Source: Octopus bimaculoides
Lineage: Eukaryota
Reading direction: 5' to 3'
Assembly: GCF_001194135.2 (NCBI RefSeq)
Contig: NC_068982.1
Coordinates: 3,838,534 to 3,883,563, forward strand
Length of the DNA: 45,030 bases
The translations under genes were made by a program, and so were the position numbers. Numbering within the stretch: the first letter of the stretch is position 1; each line of letters starts with the position of its first letter. The notes under the pieces are model-generated. The model saw only the letters and a list, made by a program, of their open reading frames with translations, was not told the DNA's origin and did not search any database. This document shows positions 1 to 12,440 of this stretch, piece by piece.

Positions 1-71
1 ATATATATATATATATATATATATACTTACAGATACATACACATATGTACATATACACACACACACACATA
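1..71. repeat. (TA)n/(CA)n microsatellite
   Basis: Directly visible dinucleotide runs. Confidence 0.9.
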
Positions 72-310
72 TGTCACATTGTTATATATTATTAATATTC
101 TCAAAGTATGCAAAATCAATAAGGATGTCCTGTTTATAGATTTTCAATATTTTCTCCACTAAATGAATATTTCAGTTGCAATAAAGCCTGTGATGAATGT
201 AACAAACTCAGATATCTCTCTCTTTCTCTCGTATGGACTGATGTCTCCATGAGTTACTAAAACATCAATCCTCACCTTCACTTGCACAGAATAATAATTG
301 ATTGCACGGA

Positions 311-550
311 ATCATCATCACCATCGTTTAACGTCTGCTTTCCATGCTGGCATGGGTTGGATGGTTTGACTGAGGGCTAGCGAGCCAGAAGGTTGCACCA
401 GACTTCAATCTGATCTGGCTGTGTTTCTACAGCTGGATGCCCTTTCTAACGCCAACGACTCCAAGAGTGTAATGGGTGCTTTGTATGTGCCACCAGCACG
501 AGGGCCAGTCAGGTGGTACTGGCATCGGCCACACTTAAATGGTGTTCTTT
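311..550 (-). mobile_element. Repeat family C
   Basis: catcatc..cgtttaacgtctgctttccatgctggcatgggttgg...ggatgccctttctaacgccaac. Similar 5'-truncated copies at ~4020-4290, 12222-12432, 15258-15473, 21235-21372, 28810-29025, 29577-29840, 33159-33333, 34388-34585, 35770-35900, 37040-37415, 37895-38060, 40765-40945 and 41890-42075. Confidence 0.8.
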
Positions 551-569
551 AATAATAATAATAATAATG

Positions 570-1100
570 TTTCAGATTTTAGCACAAGGCCAGCAATTTT
601 GAGGGGAGGGGCAAGTCAATTACATTGACACCCCCCCCCCTTCCTACATGATTTATACTTCAATTTACTGACACCAAAATGATAAAAGGCAAAGTCAACC
701 TTGGGAGAATTCTGATTTCAAATTATTCCCTGGTTGACTTTGCCTTTCGTTCTTTCAGGGTTGATGGAATAAGGACCAGTCAAGCACTGGGGGTTGATGC
801 AATCAACTAACCCTCCACCCCACACCAAATTTTTTCAGGCCTTGGGCTTATAGTGGAGCGGGTGGGGTAGAAAGGAAAAAGAAAAAATAATCCTTTCTAC
901 AATGGGCACATTTTTGTGGGGTGGGGACTAGTCAATTGCAGCGACCCCAGTGTTTCACTGGTACTCAATTTATCGACCCCAAAAGGATGAAAGGCAAAGT
1001 CGACCTTGGCACAATTTGAACTCAGAACGTAGAGCAGCAGATGAAATGCTGCTAAGCATTTCGCCCAGCATGCTACCGATTCTGCCAGCTCGCCGCCTTC
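570..1100. mobile_element. Cluster of three SINE family B copies in alternating orientation (-,+,-)
   Basis: Shared block ggatgaaaggcaaagtcgacc / gactttgcctttc at about 570-715, 720-860 and 895-1100. Boundaries approximate. Confidence 0.7.
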
Positions 1101-1639
1101 AAAAAGAAAGAAAGTAATTATAATAATGATAAAAAATAAATTCCTACCAAATTTCGGTACCAGTTCTCAGTAGCTAAGCAACGTGAGAATTATAAAATTA
1201 AATACTGTCAGAAGTCCATAAAAACATTCCTCAAGAATTATGAAGTCTCTTCCATTATACAATGCAATGGTCATTTGAATATTTGCGGAAGAGATGAAAA
1301 CGGCAAGTTTTCTATAAAAGAAGTTTCAGGAATTTTTTGTTTTTGTTGTTTCTTTTCTCTTTTTTGACTCAACTGAATAAGTTGTAATAATTGTCTGGAT
1401 ACAGTGAGAGATTGTGTAGCTGAGTTTCAGTGGATTGAAGCAATGTGGCCATAGAATATGTTCTTAGCTTGTCTAAATAACGGAGCTGCAAATGTCAAGA
1501 TAAGATTTCCCCAGTAGAGCAATGCCAGTTTCATCAACTTTAACAACAACAAAAAATAGAAATAGAAAGAAAAAAAATCAACCATTTCTTGTATTAAGAA
1601 AGCACCAGTGCACCACACCTCCTCTAAACACAAGGGAGA

Positions 1640-2003
1640 CCCAACTGGACCTTTCATGATTGCTCTGGATGTTGGGACTACAACCACTGAGGATGTCTCT
1701 TGGCAAAAACACATCCTTAACACAGCTAAGATTATATCTCAAAACCTGACCCTTCTCTTCAAGGCTAGAAAATATTCCAACCCCCCAACGGTCGCTGACA
1801 CACTTCAAGGCTCAAAAGAAGCTAACAATGACGTACTGGTCCCCTATAGGGAACATCAGGCAGTACACTTGATGCCACCCCACTTTATTTTTTTCTGTGC
1901 ATTATTCTATTTACTGTTCATACCCTTTCTGGGTACTTTTTCTGATGAGCTTTACTGCACCTGAGCACTGTATACAATAAATTCAGTATTATTATTATTA
2001 TTA
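1640..2003 (+). mobile_element. Degenerate CR1/Jockey-group LINE 3' remnant
   Basis: TTTEDVSWQKHILNTAKIISQNLTLLFKARKY resembles the RT C-terminal SW..HI...AK..S..L..L.R.R motif. Ends in tgcacctgagcactgtatacaataa+(TAT)n like the other CR1-like ends. Confidence 0.6.
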
Positions 2004-2863
2004 CCTGTGTTTCTTAGAGCTGATTGGTTTTGTGCCTCTTCTACTCAGGTACCTCAACCCAATTGTCACCACCCTTGTTATGCCTCATCCTAACAACCCT
2101 ACATTTACAGGTATTTCTCATGCTTCCATCCGAGGACATCAGTCCTTTGAAATCTTCCCTCACATGTCTTTCTTATCAGTTTAAATGGAACAATAATGAC
2201 ATCAGGTTTACAGGTCCCAAAGGACTTACAAAGGTCATGCACACTGTCCCTTTCTCCAGACTCAGTGGCCAAGACTTAAGACTGCATCCATCCTTGGTAC
2301 GAAAGTTCCAGGGTTTTAAGGAGTGTGGAACCACCCTTTAGCTGTTACTGTTCCCAGGTTTACTCTGATCTGGAGTAACAGCACCTTTTAGGGTCCAAAC
2401 ATGCGTACAACCTGCTTCAAACCCAGGCTAGGTCTGCTCCAATAACTGATGGTGACTTGGTCAGTGAATTCTCAGTGGTGGTTCACAATCGACAGCAAGA
2501 TGAACTGCTACGGATCACACTATCCCACAGTGTGGACCCCAAGTGTGACCAAGGACCACATGTGAACATGTATTCCCACCGAAACTCTGTACATGAACTC
2601 CACACCTCAACAACAAATGACGACAACAGCTACATGGTCCATACTGTCCGACACACCTGCTCTCCCAGTGAAGGCATTTGTCAAATTTGCTGGAGTGTTA
2701 GGGCTGGCTGTTGGATATGGTCAAATTTTCATGAGGGATGGGGGAGTACTCAGTGGTCGGAGCCAGCTCTATCCATCCCAGGTGAATACTACAAGTGTAA
2801 ATACAAATAAATAAGTACATTATTTACATTCGACAGACATTTGTCCTTATCAAGTTTGTTGTT

Positions 2864-2906
2864 AACACGTTTTAGCTGATATACCCTCCAGCCTTCTTCA
2901 GGCGTC
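2864..2906 (-). ncRNA. Degenerate minimal hammerhead ribozyme in the PLE terminal repeat
   Basis: GACGC CUGAAGA A GGCUG-GAGGGUAUAU-CAGCU AAAAC GUGUU. G12 is lost and 3 nt are missing versus the 21578-21623 copy, so it is probably inactive. Confidence 0.6.
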
Positions 2907-3027
2907 TTGGGGAAATTTGGAACCTGGGTTCTCATTCTCAAGGTATTTTTCAATGTTATTATTATTATTATTCAGGTCACTGCCTGGAATCGAACTCTTA
3001 ACCACTACACCATATGCCTGTGAGCAA

Positions 3028-3318
3028 TTACTGAATGAATTTTAGGGCTTGTAAGCCTAATATTTTCCTATCCTTCCTTAATACTGGTTCCCATATGCTG
3101 TTCATATCTGCACTCAGTCTGCTTAGGAGGTTGTTGTGTCCTAGCATATGGACTGCTTCTTTTAGTTTTCATATTTTCCAGTGGTGTTCTCTGTCTATTA
3201 TTTTAAATCCATCCCACAGGGGGAGGTGGTCTCCATTTTTCCATACACGATCAGCTATACCAGATTTATCAATATCTCCTCGTGTCACAGCTTTGTGATG
3301 TTCCTCTACCTATATTTT
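3028..3318 (-). pseudogene. Decayed PLE GIY-YIG (Uri) endonuclease C-terminal region
   Basis: Single frame of 97 codons with two internal stops: KI*VEEHHKAVTRGDIDKSGIADRVWKNGDHLPLWDGFKIIDREHHWKI*KLKEAVHMLGHNNLLSRLSADMNSIWEPVLRK... It fits the PLE pattern EH.KA...KS.IA.H.W...H...W...KII..E..W..R..KEA.H......W..VL. The TGA at 3171-3169 is consistent with CGA decay. Confidence 0.82.
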
Positions 3319-5429
3319 GTAAATAATGTACATAATTCCTCATCTCTTAAATATAGAACTGCATTAAATAAATAAGTGCTGAATTTCTTGTAAGCAGAAA
3401 TATTACCTGTCAATGCATGATCAAACCTATAGATATTTTCTTTTCTTTGAAATATTAATCAAACTTGATAAACTAAAACACATTGAATAAATACCCAGCT
3501 AAGAAACAATAAAATGCTTGTACCTGGTAGTCTAAACGCAAAGATCAATTTGTCTCAGAGAACATTTATTTAAAAAAAAAGACAAAGTTTGTCCTCAATG
3601 GAGTTGGCCAAGTGATCCTACCCCACCCCCAGCCCTAAAACCTCTAGCCTTGGCTGTATGAGTTGCGTTGAAGCCAACCAGGGGCCAACTGGAAATTTTG
3701 CAGAGTTCAAACTGCTTACACAAAACATCTTTTTTTGTCTTTCATTTGTTTCAGTCATTAGACTGTGGCCATGCTGGAGCAATGCCTGGAAGAATTCTAA
3801 TCAAATGGATCGACCTTAATGCTTTTTTCAAGCCTAGTACATACTCTATCAGTCTCTTTTGCTAAACTACTAAATCAGAGAGACGTAAACACACCAACAC
3901 TGGTCGTCAGGGATGAACTAGTATATAAATACGTGCAATGGGCTTCTTTCAGTTTCCTTCTATCAAATCCATTCACAAGGCTTTGGTCAGCCCAAGGCTA
4001 TAGAAGAAGACACTTGGCCACAATCAAATGGTGCTTTTTACATGCCACTGGTACGGGAGCCAGCCAGGTGGCACTGGCATCGACCACGCTTGAATAGTGC
4101 TTTTTACATGCTGAAGAGTTGTATCAAGCTCCAGTTGTATGTTTTGGTATGGTTTCTATGGCTAGACGCCTTTCCTAATGCCAACCACTCTATAAAGTGT
4201 ACTGGGTGCTCTTTTACATAGCACAGGTGCTTTATGTATGACCCTGGCACCAGTGCTTTTGTGCTTTTACGTGGCACCAGCAGGGTTGCCAAATAACGTA
4301 TGACAATGTGCTATTAGTTGAGAGAGGGAATGGAACCAAGGGAAGTGTGCCAGGCAAGTGGTTGAGCATAATAGGGATGGGGGGCACACAGTAAGACTGA
4401 ACCCAGAACCATGTGGTTGGGAAGCAAACTTCTTACCACACAGCCACACCTTTTAGTTTGGCCAGGGAGGAAGGAACTGCTCTGATGATCTTTACACCTC
4501 CTTCCTTCCATACCAGTGAAACTGCTGGAACTGATTTGGACAACTTTAAAAAATGGCATCAACAGGAAACTGGGAAGGGAAATACAAAGGGTTATTGTTC
4601 AGCCTCAGATCATCCCTAATCAAGAAGACCTCTAACGAAATGCATTCCAGCCATGACCATCCTGTCTTTATTTTAGTAAAGTGCAAAGAGCCCCAAGATC
4701 ACTTTAGCCAACATCCATTCCTAAGATTCTGGGGTGTGATTTGCAGGAAATTTAGCTGCCATTTCTAGCAGGAAAAGCAACCAGCATACAGACTTAAATT
4801 TACAAGGGGTTAATATTGGTTTCAAGTTTTGGCACAATGCCAGCAATTTTGGTAGCAGGGCTAAGTCAGTTACATTGACCCCAGTGTTCAACTGGTACTT
4901 GTCACCATGTAGCCCCTTAACAATGGGTTTGCCCTTCGTCCTTTTGGGGGGTCAATAAAATAAGTACCAGATGAGCATTAGGGTCAAGGTAATCAACTCA
5001 CCACCCCGCCACCAAAAAAAAAAAGCTGCTGGCCTTGTGCTGAAATTTGAAACCAGTATTTCAGACAGCAAGCTAGCAGAATCCTGAGCACATTGGGTAA
5101 AATGCTGAGCAGCATTTTGTCTGTCTCTACGTTGTGAGTTCAAATGCTACCCAGGCTGACTTTACCTTTCAGGGTGGATAAAATAAGTACCAGTTGTATA
5201 CTAGGGTTGATGTAACCGACTTGGACCCACCTTCCCAAAAAAATATCCCTCAAATAACATCCTGCTGTTTTTAAGACAGAAAAATGTGGACGATAGAATG
5301 AAGAAAATTTTTATTTCATGATATTAAAGAGCGAAAGTAAATAAATAGTGAAGCCATTGTGGAGTTTTGTGTTTTCCACTTTAATACAATGTAGCTAAAT
5401 TTTTAAGGGGGGGGGAGACAGTAAATATA

Positions 5430-5746
5430 GGCATAGGAGTGGCTGTGTGGTAAGTAGCTTGCTTACGAACCACATAGCTCCAGGTTCAGTCCCACTACGT
5501 GGCACCTTGGGCAAACCAAAGCCTTGTGAGTGGATTTGGTAGACGGAAACTCAAAGAAGCCCATCGTATATATATATATATGTATATATATGTGTGTGTT
5601 TGTGTGTCTGTGTTTGTCCCCCCAACATCGCTTGACAACCGATGCTGGTGTGTTTACGTCCCCGTAACTTAGCGGTTCGGCAAAAGAGACTGATAGAATA
5701 AGTGCTCCAATATGACCACAGTCAAATGACTGAAACAAGTAAAAGA
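5430..5746 (+). mobile_element. SINE family A (tRNA head, CCTTGGGCAAGT CORE-like block, internal TA/TG tract)
   Basis: ggcataggagtggctgtgtggtaag...GGTTCAGTCCC...cagtcaaatgactgaaacaagtaaaaga. Multi-copy in the window. Confidence 0.85.
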
Positions 5747-6478
5747 GGGTAAAAAAGAATAAATACAATATTATTTGAAAAGAAGCTTAATTTTATCCTT
5801 GAAATACATAAATAATAGGGATCCTAGCAGGTAACATCATTTCTGAGACAAAAGTTTCATCTTGGCATTTCAAGTTTCTTCCAAGATGATTTCCCCCTTT
5901 GCATCATTCAGTTAAACCATCATCATCATCTTCATTGATTCAGGTTCATTTTTTTCCTCTCCATCTTTGCATGGATCGGGCAAGCCTTTTTCTGCCAGTG
6001 TCCTGACATTGGTTGCAGTCCATTTCCATTCTCCTGAAATCAATCTTCACCACCTCTTATAGATTTCTCTTCTTCAGCTTCAACATAACAAATCACTTTA
6101 ACCAAGCTTAATTGTGGAATGGAAGCGATCGACGCCAATAAATGCTGAACCGTTGTGCGTCAATTGCTGACCTCAACCAAGATGATTACCGTCAGTGCAA
6201 CCTAGTTGCCTGATAAAAAAACTGTTGTCATGGGGTGAATGTAGTTCTCAAGGAGATCCAATGTGACAAGGCTGGCCCCCTTTGAATTACAGGTACAACT
6301 CTTTTTTCTCCAGCTGAGTGTAAATGACTCCTAAATAAAACAATATTTGTTTCAAAATACAGTTTATAAAGTGTAACCCTTGCTAAACATACGCATGAAC
6401 ACATGTTATTCAATTTTACTTCACTGTAAATTCTATTAAAATTAGATTTTTCAATAAATACTTTATAAACCTGTTAAT

Positions 6479-6918
6479 ATTCTTTTTTACTCTAGACACA
6501 AAGTCCAAAATTTTGGGGGAGGGAGGCCAGTCGATTAGATCGACTCCAGTACACAACTGGTACTTAATTTATTGACCCCAAAAGGATGAAAGGCAAAGTC
6601 AACCTTGGCAGAATTTGAACTCAGAATGTAAAGACCGATGAAATACCACTGAACATTTCGCCCGGTGTGCTAATGTTTCTGCCAGCTCACCACCTTTCTA
6701 ATATTCTCTTCTACTCTAGGTATAAGACCCAAAATTTTGGGGGAGGGGGACAGTCAATTAGATCGACCCGAGTATGCAACTGGTACTTAATTTATCGACC
6801 CCGAAAGGATGAAAGGCAAAGTTGACCTCGGTGGAATTTGAACTCAGAACCTAAAGAGAGACGAAATACTGCTAAGTATTTCGCCCGGTGTGCTAACGTT
6901 TCTGCCAGCTCTCTGCCT
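6479..6918 (-). mobile_element. Head-to-tail dimer of SINE family B (tRNA head; GCCTTTCATCCTTTCGGGGTCGATAAATTAAGTACCAG central block resembling Deu/Nin/Meta-type SINE domains)
   Basis: Two ~215-bp copies at 6479-6696 and 6703-6918. The central-domain name is from recall and needs a Dfam check. Confidence 0.85.
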
Positions 6919-7208
6919 TAAACCTGTAAATAATAATAATAATAATAATGCTGGCAAACTGCTCTCACTTGCTCTTCCTTGCAAGTCAATACCATCAATT
7001 AGCAGCAACATGAAATCAAAAACAAAATTAAAATTTCTAAAAAAGATGGCTTTGCTACTAAGAAATATTGATCTTTATTTCATGTTTTAATTTTCCTTCA
7101 TTTACATCAAATAAAATCAGTTTTCTTACTTTTAACATTATTAAAAAAAAAAAAACTACTTCATGATAAAATCTTTAAAAGTGTGTATATATATATATAT
7201 GTATATAT

Positions 7209-7240
<32 letters not shown>

Positions 7241-7710
7241 CAATCTCAAAACAATAACATTAAAAAAAGATTGAAACAAAACTTCTTTAGATCCCCACCC
7301 CCTTAAAATACACGTATTTTTACCGATTTCAATCATTGGACTATGGCCATGCTGAGGCACCACCTTCAATGGTTTAGCTGACCACATCAGTCACGGTAAT
7401 TGTCTTGTACATATCGACCTCCATTTGTTGAACTGCTAAGTTACAGAACAAAGTGACAACATAGACAACACTTCTTAAAATGATGTAAATATTAACACAG
7501 GGGCACCCACCCACACATGTCGATCCAACTGGCTCTTGTACAGTTTTCCACCTACTCCATTCCACTCACAAAGAATTGGTCAATTGAAACCTGAAGTAGA
7601 AAACAAGTCACCCAAGATGCTGCAGTCTGGGGGTCGAAGGAGAAAATATTTGCCAGTCAAAAGGGGTTGTGCAATAAGTTCAAATCTGGAATCTCAACCA
7701 CAAACTTATC

Positions 7711-8116
7711 TTTTACTTGTTCCAAATCATTAGACTGTGGCCATGCTGGGGCACTACCTGGAGGAAGTTTCAATTGAATGAATCAACCCTAGGACCCCCT
7801 TTATTTTTTTTTTACAGCCAGGTACTTATTTCTGTTGGTGTCTTCTGCTGAACCACTAAGTTATGGGGATATAAACACACCAACACAGGTTCTCAAGCAG
7901 TGGTGGTGGACAAACACAAAGATGCAGATATGCAGGAACACACACACACACACCCGACAGGCTTCTTTCAGTTTCCATCTACCAAATCCTCTCACAAGGC
8001 TTTAGTCGGCCCAAGGCTAGAGTAGAAGACACTTGCCCAAGGTGCCATGCAGTGGGACTGAACCCAGAACCATGCGGTTGGAAAGCAAACTTCTTACCAC
8101 ACAACCGTGCCTGCAC
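7711..8116 (-). mobile_element. SINE family A
   Basis: Reverse-complement match to the 5430/29132 copies. Confidence 0.8.
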
Positions 8117-8373
8117 TTATAATGCAACATTGCTTTCTTCCACAGGTACAAGGCCAATTTTTGTGTAGGGGCCGGCAGGTATATTGTTGATAAAATCCTC
8201 TTCAGGGATTATAGAAGACTATTGTAATGGTGTTTATGTAACCAATCCTTGACTGATGAACTGCAAACTTGGACCCAAGCAAAAATAGAGATTGTAGAGG
8301 GAGACCAAGTTCCATATTTTAGCCTGGCACTCTACTGTTTCTGATAACTTACCCACCCCACTTCAAGTTACAC

Positions 8374-8411
<38 letters not shown>

Positions 8412-8664
8412 TAAATATACCATTCATGGTATGTTGGTATCTGGACAACAAATTTTAAGCCAAATTTAAGATGTAAAGTGTAATATAATTTTTGTCCTCA
8501 ATTCTTTTGAAAAATATTTATATATTAAGTATAGCTTAAATTCTACGGCCGAGTGTGTTGCATTTCACAGATAAGTTTCCAACTGATCACAGATCTCTTG
8601 TGTATTATGCTAATAATAATAATAATGATGATGATGATGATGATGATGATGAGGAGGATTTCGA

Positions 8665-8874
8665 ATTTTTGCGATAAGGGCAGCTTGGGGGAAGAGATTA
8701 AATCGATTGCATCGACCCCACCCCCCAGTGTAACTGGTGCTTAATTTATTGACCCTGAAAGGATGAAAGGCAAAGTCAACCTCGGCAGAATTTGAACTCA
8801 GAATGTAAAGACAAACAAAATGCCACTAAGCCTTTCGCCCGGCGTGCTGACGATTCTACCAGCCCACCACCACC

Positions 8875-8875
<1 letters not shown>
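8665..8875 (-). mobile_element. SINE family B
   Basis: Matches the 6703 copy; embedded in (AAT)n/(ATG)n tracts. Confidence 0.8.
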
Positions 8876-8906
<31 letters not shown>

Positions 8907-8980
8907 TCTTTTCTACTCTAGGCACAAGGCCCGAAATTTTGGGGGAAGGGGGGGGGGCAGTGAATTAGATCGACCCTGTC

Positions 8981-9016
<36 letters not shown>

Positions 9017-9061
9017 CAGTAGAAATTTGACAAATTAAATCAAATTCACCAGAATTTACTG

Positions 9062-9258
9062 NNNNNNNNNNNNNNNNNNNNNNNNNNNNNNNNNNNNNNN
9101 NNNNNNNNNNNNNNNNNNNNNNNNNNNNNNNNNNNNNNNNNNNNNNNNNNNNNNNNNNNNNNNNNNNNNNNNNNNNNNNNNNNNNNNNNNNNNNNNNNNN
9201 NNNNNNNNNNNNNNNNNNNNNNNNNNNNNNNNNNNNNNNNNNNNNNNNNNNNNNNNNN
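9062..9258. other. Assembly gap (197 N)
   Basis: Run of N. Confidence 1.
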
Positions 9259-9721
9259 AAAAAGGATTTCTTCCCTTCAACCTGCTGAAAAAAATACGAG
9301 TAAAATCAGTAAACTTTTTATTATATATTTAAAAAAAGAAAAAAAAAATTATAGAAAGTGAACTTAGCAATTCCAAATAGCTTCACAAAAGCTGACGTTA
9401 TTGAAGGACAGGACCTGTCTATTGTGCAATGCACACACACACACACACACACAAATAAAAATAATTTACTTTCAGTTCACAAAGAAGACTTAACAGAAAA
9501 CAGTAATGAGAATAGAGATTATTTCGTAACTATAAACGAGGTTTTGAACAGAAGACAACCATCTTGCTCAGGTGCACAACATTGTTCGCCAGACACAACA
9601 CACGAAATTAGAAACCAACAGTTGACAGTCAACTACCTTCACCTGGACACTGCACTCAATAATAATAATAATAATAATAATGACAATGATGATGGTGATG
9701 GTGGTGATGGTAATAGTAATA

Positions 9722-9935
9722 GTTTCAAATTTTGGCACAAGGCCAGTAATTTTGGAGGAGGGGGTGTAAGTCAATTATACTGACCCCAGTGTTCAACTGG
9801 TCCTTTTTTTAACAGCCCCAAAAAGATGAAAGACAAAGTCGACCTTGGCAGAATTTGAACTCAAAACATGAAGGTGGATGAAATGCTTCTAAGCATTTTT
9901 GCCTGGAATGCTAACGAGTCTGTCAGCTTGCAGCC

Positions 9936-9937
<2 letters not shown>
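9722..9937 (-). mobile_element. SINE family B
   Basis: Matches family B; flanked by (AAT)n. Confidence 0.78.
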
Positions 9938-9967
<30 letters not shown>

Positions 9968-10370
9968 TATAATAATAATAAAATTTGGCATGAGGCCACA
10001 AAATTGTGGTGGAGGGTTGCTGTCTATTGTGGAGGCCTAATCCATTACTCAGTTAGAACTTGCTTTTGACTTGGAAGGCAAAAGTCAATCCTGATCAGAT
10101 TTTAATTCAAAGAAATGATGTTCCAGGTAACTAAATACACCAAGGTATTCAGAAGGATGCTGCCCTACCATTTCAGCCACTTCATCATCAATAATAATAA
10201 TAATAATAATAAGTGATGATGAAGATGAGAATGGTAGCAAAGACAAGGATTATTTAAATAAAAATTGAAACTGTGTTTATCAATTCAACATAAGGAGACA
10301 GCCGAAGATTCGTGTGAGTAACTCACCTCCACCAGTGAAGATTTCCAAAGACCACAAGAATTGCAATGAA

Positions 10371-10406
<36 letters not shown>

Positions 10407-10473
10407 ACTCTCAATTTCTGTTTTAATTTTCTTCTTTTTACCTTGAGTAAAGAAAATATTTTGGTTCTTTATA

Positions 10474-10479
10474 TTTATT
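10474..10479 (-). promoter_or_regulatory. Candidate polyadenylation signal (AATAAA) for SLC35F5
   Basis: AATAAA on the minus strand ~360 nt after the stop, followed by a U-rich stretch. Sequence only; in AT-rich DNA this can be chance. Confidence 0.25.
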
Positions 10480-10511
10480 GTTCTTCTCCTTTCAGTTACT
10501 TCAGAGAACAC

Positions 10512-10542
<31 letters not shown>

Positions 10543-10837
10543 TGCATAAGAAAACAAAACATTGTAACAACCGACAAGATGAACATGAACAATCAGATAT
10601 GTTAAATTAGTGGAATACTTTACAAACTTTTTTTTTTTTGACAATGTCAGTGAACAAATTGTTTATAGTAGAAGAGGGGATATATTCCCCTGCCCCTCCT
10701 GTACCGTTTCACCCACCCCTTATTCCGTGAAGGAAATAGTATATTGTCTTTCAAACGAAAACTGCATCTACATCATTAAGAATTGAAGAATATGTTGATG
10801 TTTAACTAACAATAACGTTAGTGAAAACTCGTTTCCA

Positions 10838-10913
10838 TCAAGAGTCTATCTGTGGAATCACATCACCAGCATTTATCAAACTTTCAGCCTGTTCTCTGTC
10901 CAATTCTCGCATT
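10838..10913 (-). CDS. SLC35F5: SLC35F5 terminal coding exon 12 (RMRELDREQAESLINAGDVIPQIDS*), after an ~11-kb intron
   Basis: tttttctttttctag|A ATG CGA...TCT TGA. The phase-2 start completes Arg with exon 11. D.EQ.ESLI matches the vertebrate C-terminal DSEQCESLI as recalled. Confidence 0.88.
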
Positions 10914-12440
10914 CTAGAAAAAGAAAAATTAAATAAATTATTTATTCAAGAGGAAAGAATGTATGCATGCAAGGACAAAGACACTCGTACATCTATAAAC
11001 GAAACTAAAATGAACATGAAAAAACGTATCGTTCTAGCAAATAAACAACCCCAGCTACAGAACCGTTGCATTCCTGTAAATCTTGCCATAACATGGAATT
11101 TCATAGAATGAAATATAATTTCCCAAGGGGTTCCAGGTTACATGGAAGTCAATGGGAAATGCAACTCAATTTGGAAAAGTGAAAACTAATCCGTATTGAA
11201 TCACAACAAAGTGTATATGCCATGCCTTGTCATGCAATTAGCTTCAATATTTATTTCTTTATTGCCCACAGGGGGCTAAACATAGAGGGGACAGACAAGG
11301 ACAAACAAAGGGATTAAGTCAATTACATCAACCCCAGTGCATAACTGGTACATTAAACAATGATGACGAATCCTGAGACACAGTAAGTTTAACATAAACA
11401 ATCTTTTTCTGGCTATTATCAAAAGGGTAACTTTCATCCTCAAGGGTGCACAAAGATATATTTTCTTTTTAAACAGCATCCACCATGCCAAGAAATATGG
11501 TGTCTCATAGATTGGTTGAGGATCTAGAACTTCTGATGGTTTTGTTAGTCTCCATAGCCTAATAATCCAAGGATCATTTCCAATCAATCAAAAACTTTTA
11601 TCTTTTACTCCCTTTACAGTAAACCAGTAATTTCCAACCATTTTTGACTTATTGACCTCTTTCAATTCCTGTTTTACTCAGGTGGCCCCCTCATAACCAT
11701 TGCAAGTTCGATAGAATCCTGTTGTATTTTTTCTATAATTAAAATATTTTTAGGAATTGTATAAAAATAAGTGTTGAAATATTTTGTGCAATGTAGAAGC
11801 ATGACTAATCTGTTGCAGATAAATTTTAACAAACAAAATCTTGCCTGAACCCTGAAAGGGTCAGAGAGGCCCCAGTTGAGAACCAGTGCTAAACACTAAC
11901 AGGAATCAAGTCAACAAGGGATCCTCTACTTGGTTTCTCTGCCTGCTAGAAATAAAAGCTAAATCTATTGCAAATCATACCTAATCTCTTTAAAAGGAAG
12001 CATACATTGGACAATGTGGGCTTAAAGATTAAAAACGAACCAAAAACAAAAAACACACACACACACACACACAGGATGGTCACAGCTGAAACAGCTCTAA
12101 TCAAAAGATTGCTCAAGCAGAACTAATTTAATCACAGTAATAAGAGGGAAAAAAATTCTTGATCAAAAACTGAATTTCATTCTAAAGTCTTCATAAGTTT
12201 CTTCTTAACCTGAGTTTACATCAACATCATCATTTAATGTCTGTTTTATATGCTGGCATGGGTCGGATGATTTGATTGGAGTTGGAAGCCAGAGAGCCAA
12301 CCAGGCTCTAATTATCTCTTTTGGCTTGGTCTCTATGGCTGGATGCCCTTCTTAATGCCAACCACTTTACAGAGTGTACTAGGTACTTTATACATGGTAT
12401 CAGCACCGGTGCTTTTTATGTGACACCAGCAGAGGTACAT

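Larger units (their letters stand above)
2815..3364 (-). mobile_element. 5'-truncated Penelope-like element (PLE): GIY-YIG C-terminus + terminal repeat (tRNA-like head, AAT linker, hammerhead, tail) + inverted tail copy at the 5' break
   Basis: ORF remnant 3028-3318, repeat unit 3018->2815, and an inverted copy of the unit's tail at 3318-3364 on the + strand. This is typical PLE architecture. Confidence 0.82.
8376..10213. repeat. Dense cluster of (AAT)n/(ATG)n/(CA)n microsatellites around the first gap
   Basis: Pure (AAT)n runs at ~8376-8410, 8877-8903, 8981-9015, 9659-9680, 9938-9980 and 10190-10213, interleaved with family B SINEs. Confidence 0.9.

Noticed and set aside
2024-2814. Overlapping + strand ORFs in a GC-richer segment
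   Set aside because: No motif recognised in the frames I read. It may be an old TE fragment, but I cannot support any assignment without a search.
10821-11111. 96-aa + strand ORF
   Set aside because: Antisense shadow of terminal exon 12; the minus-strand frame carries the homology.
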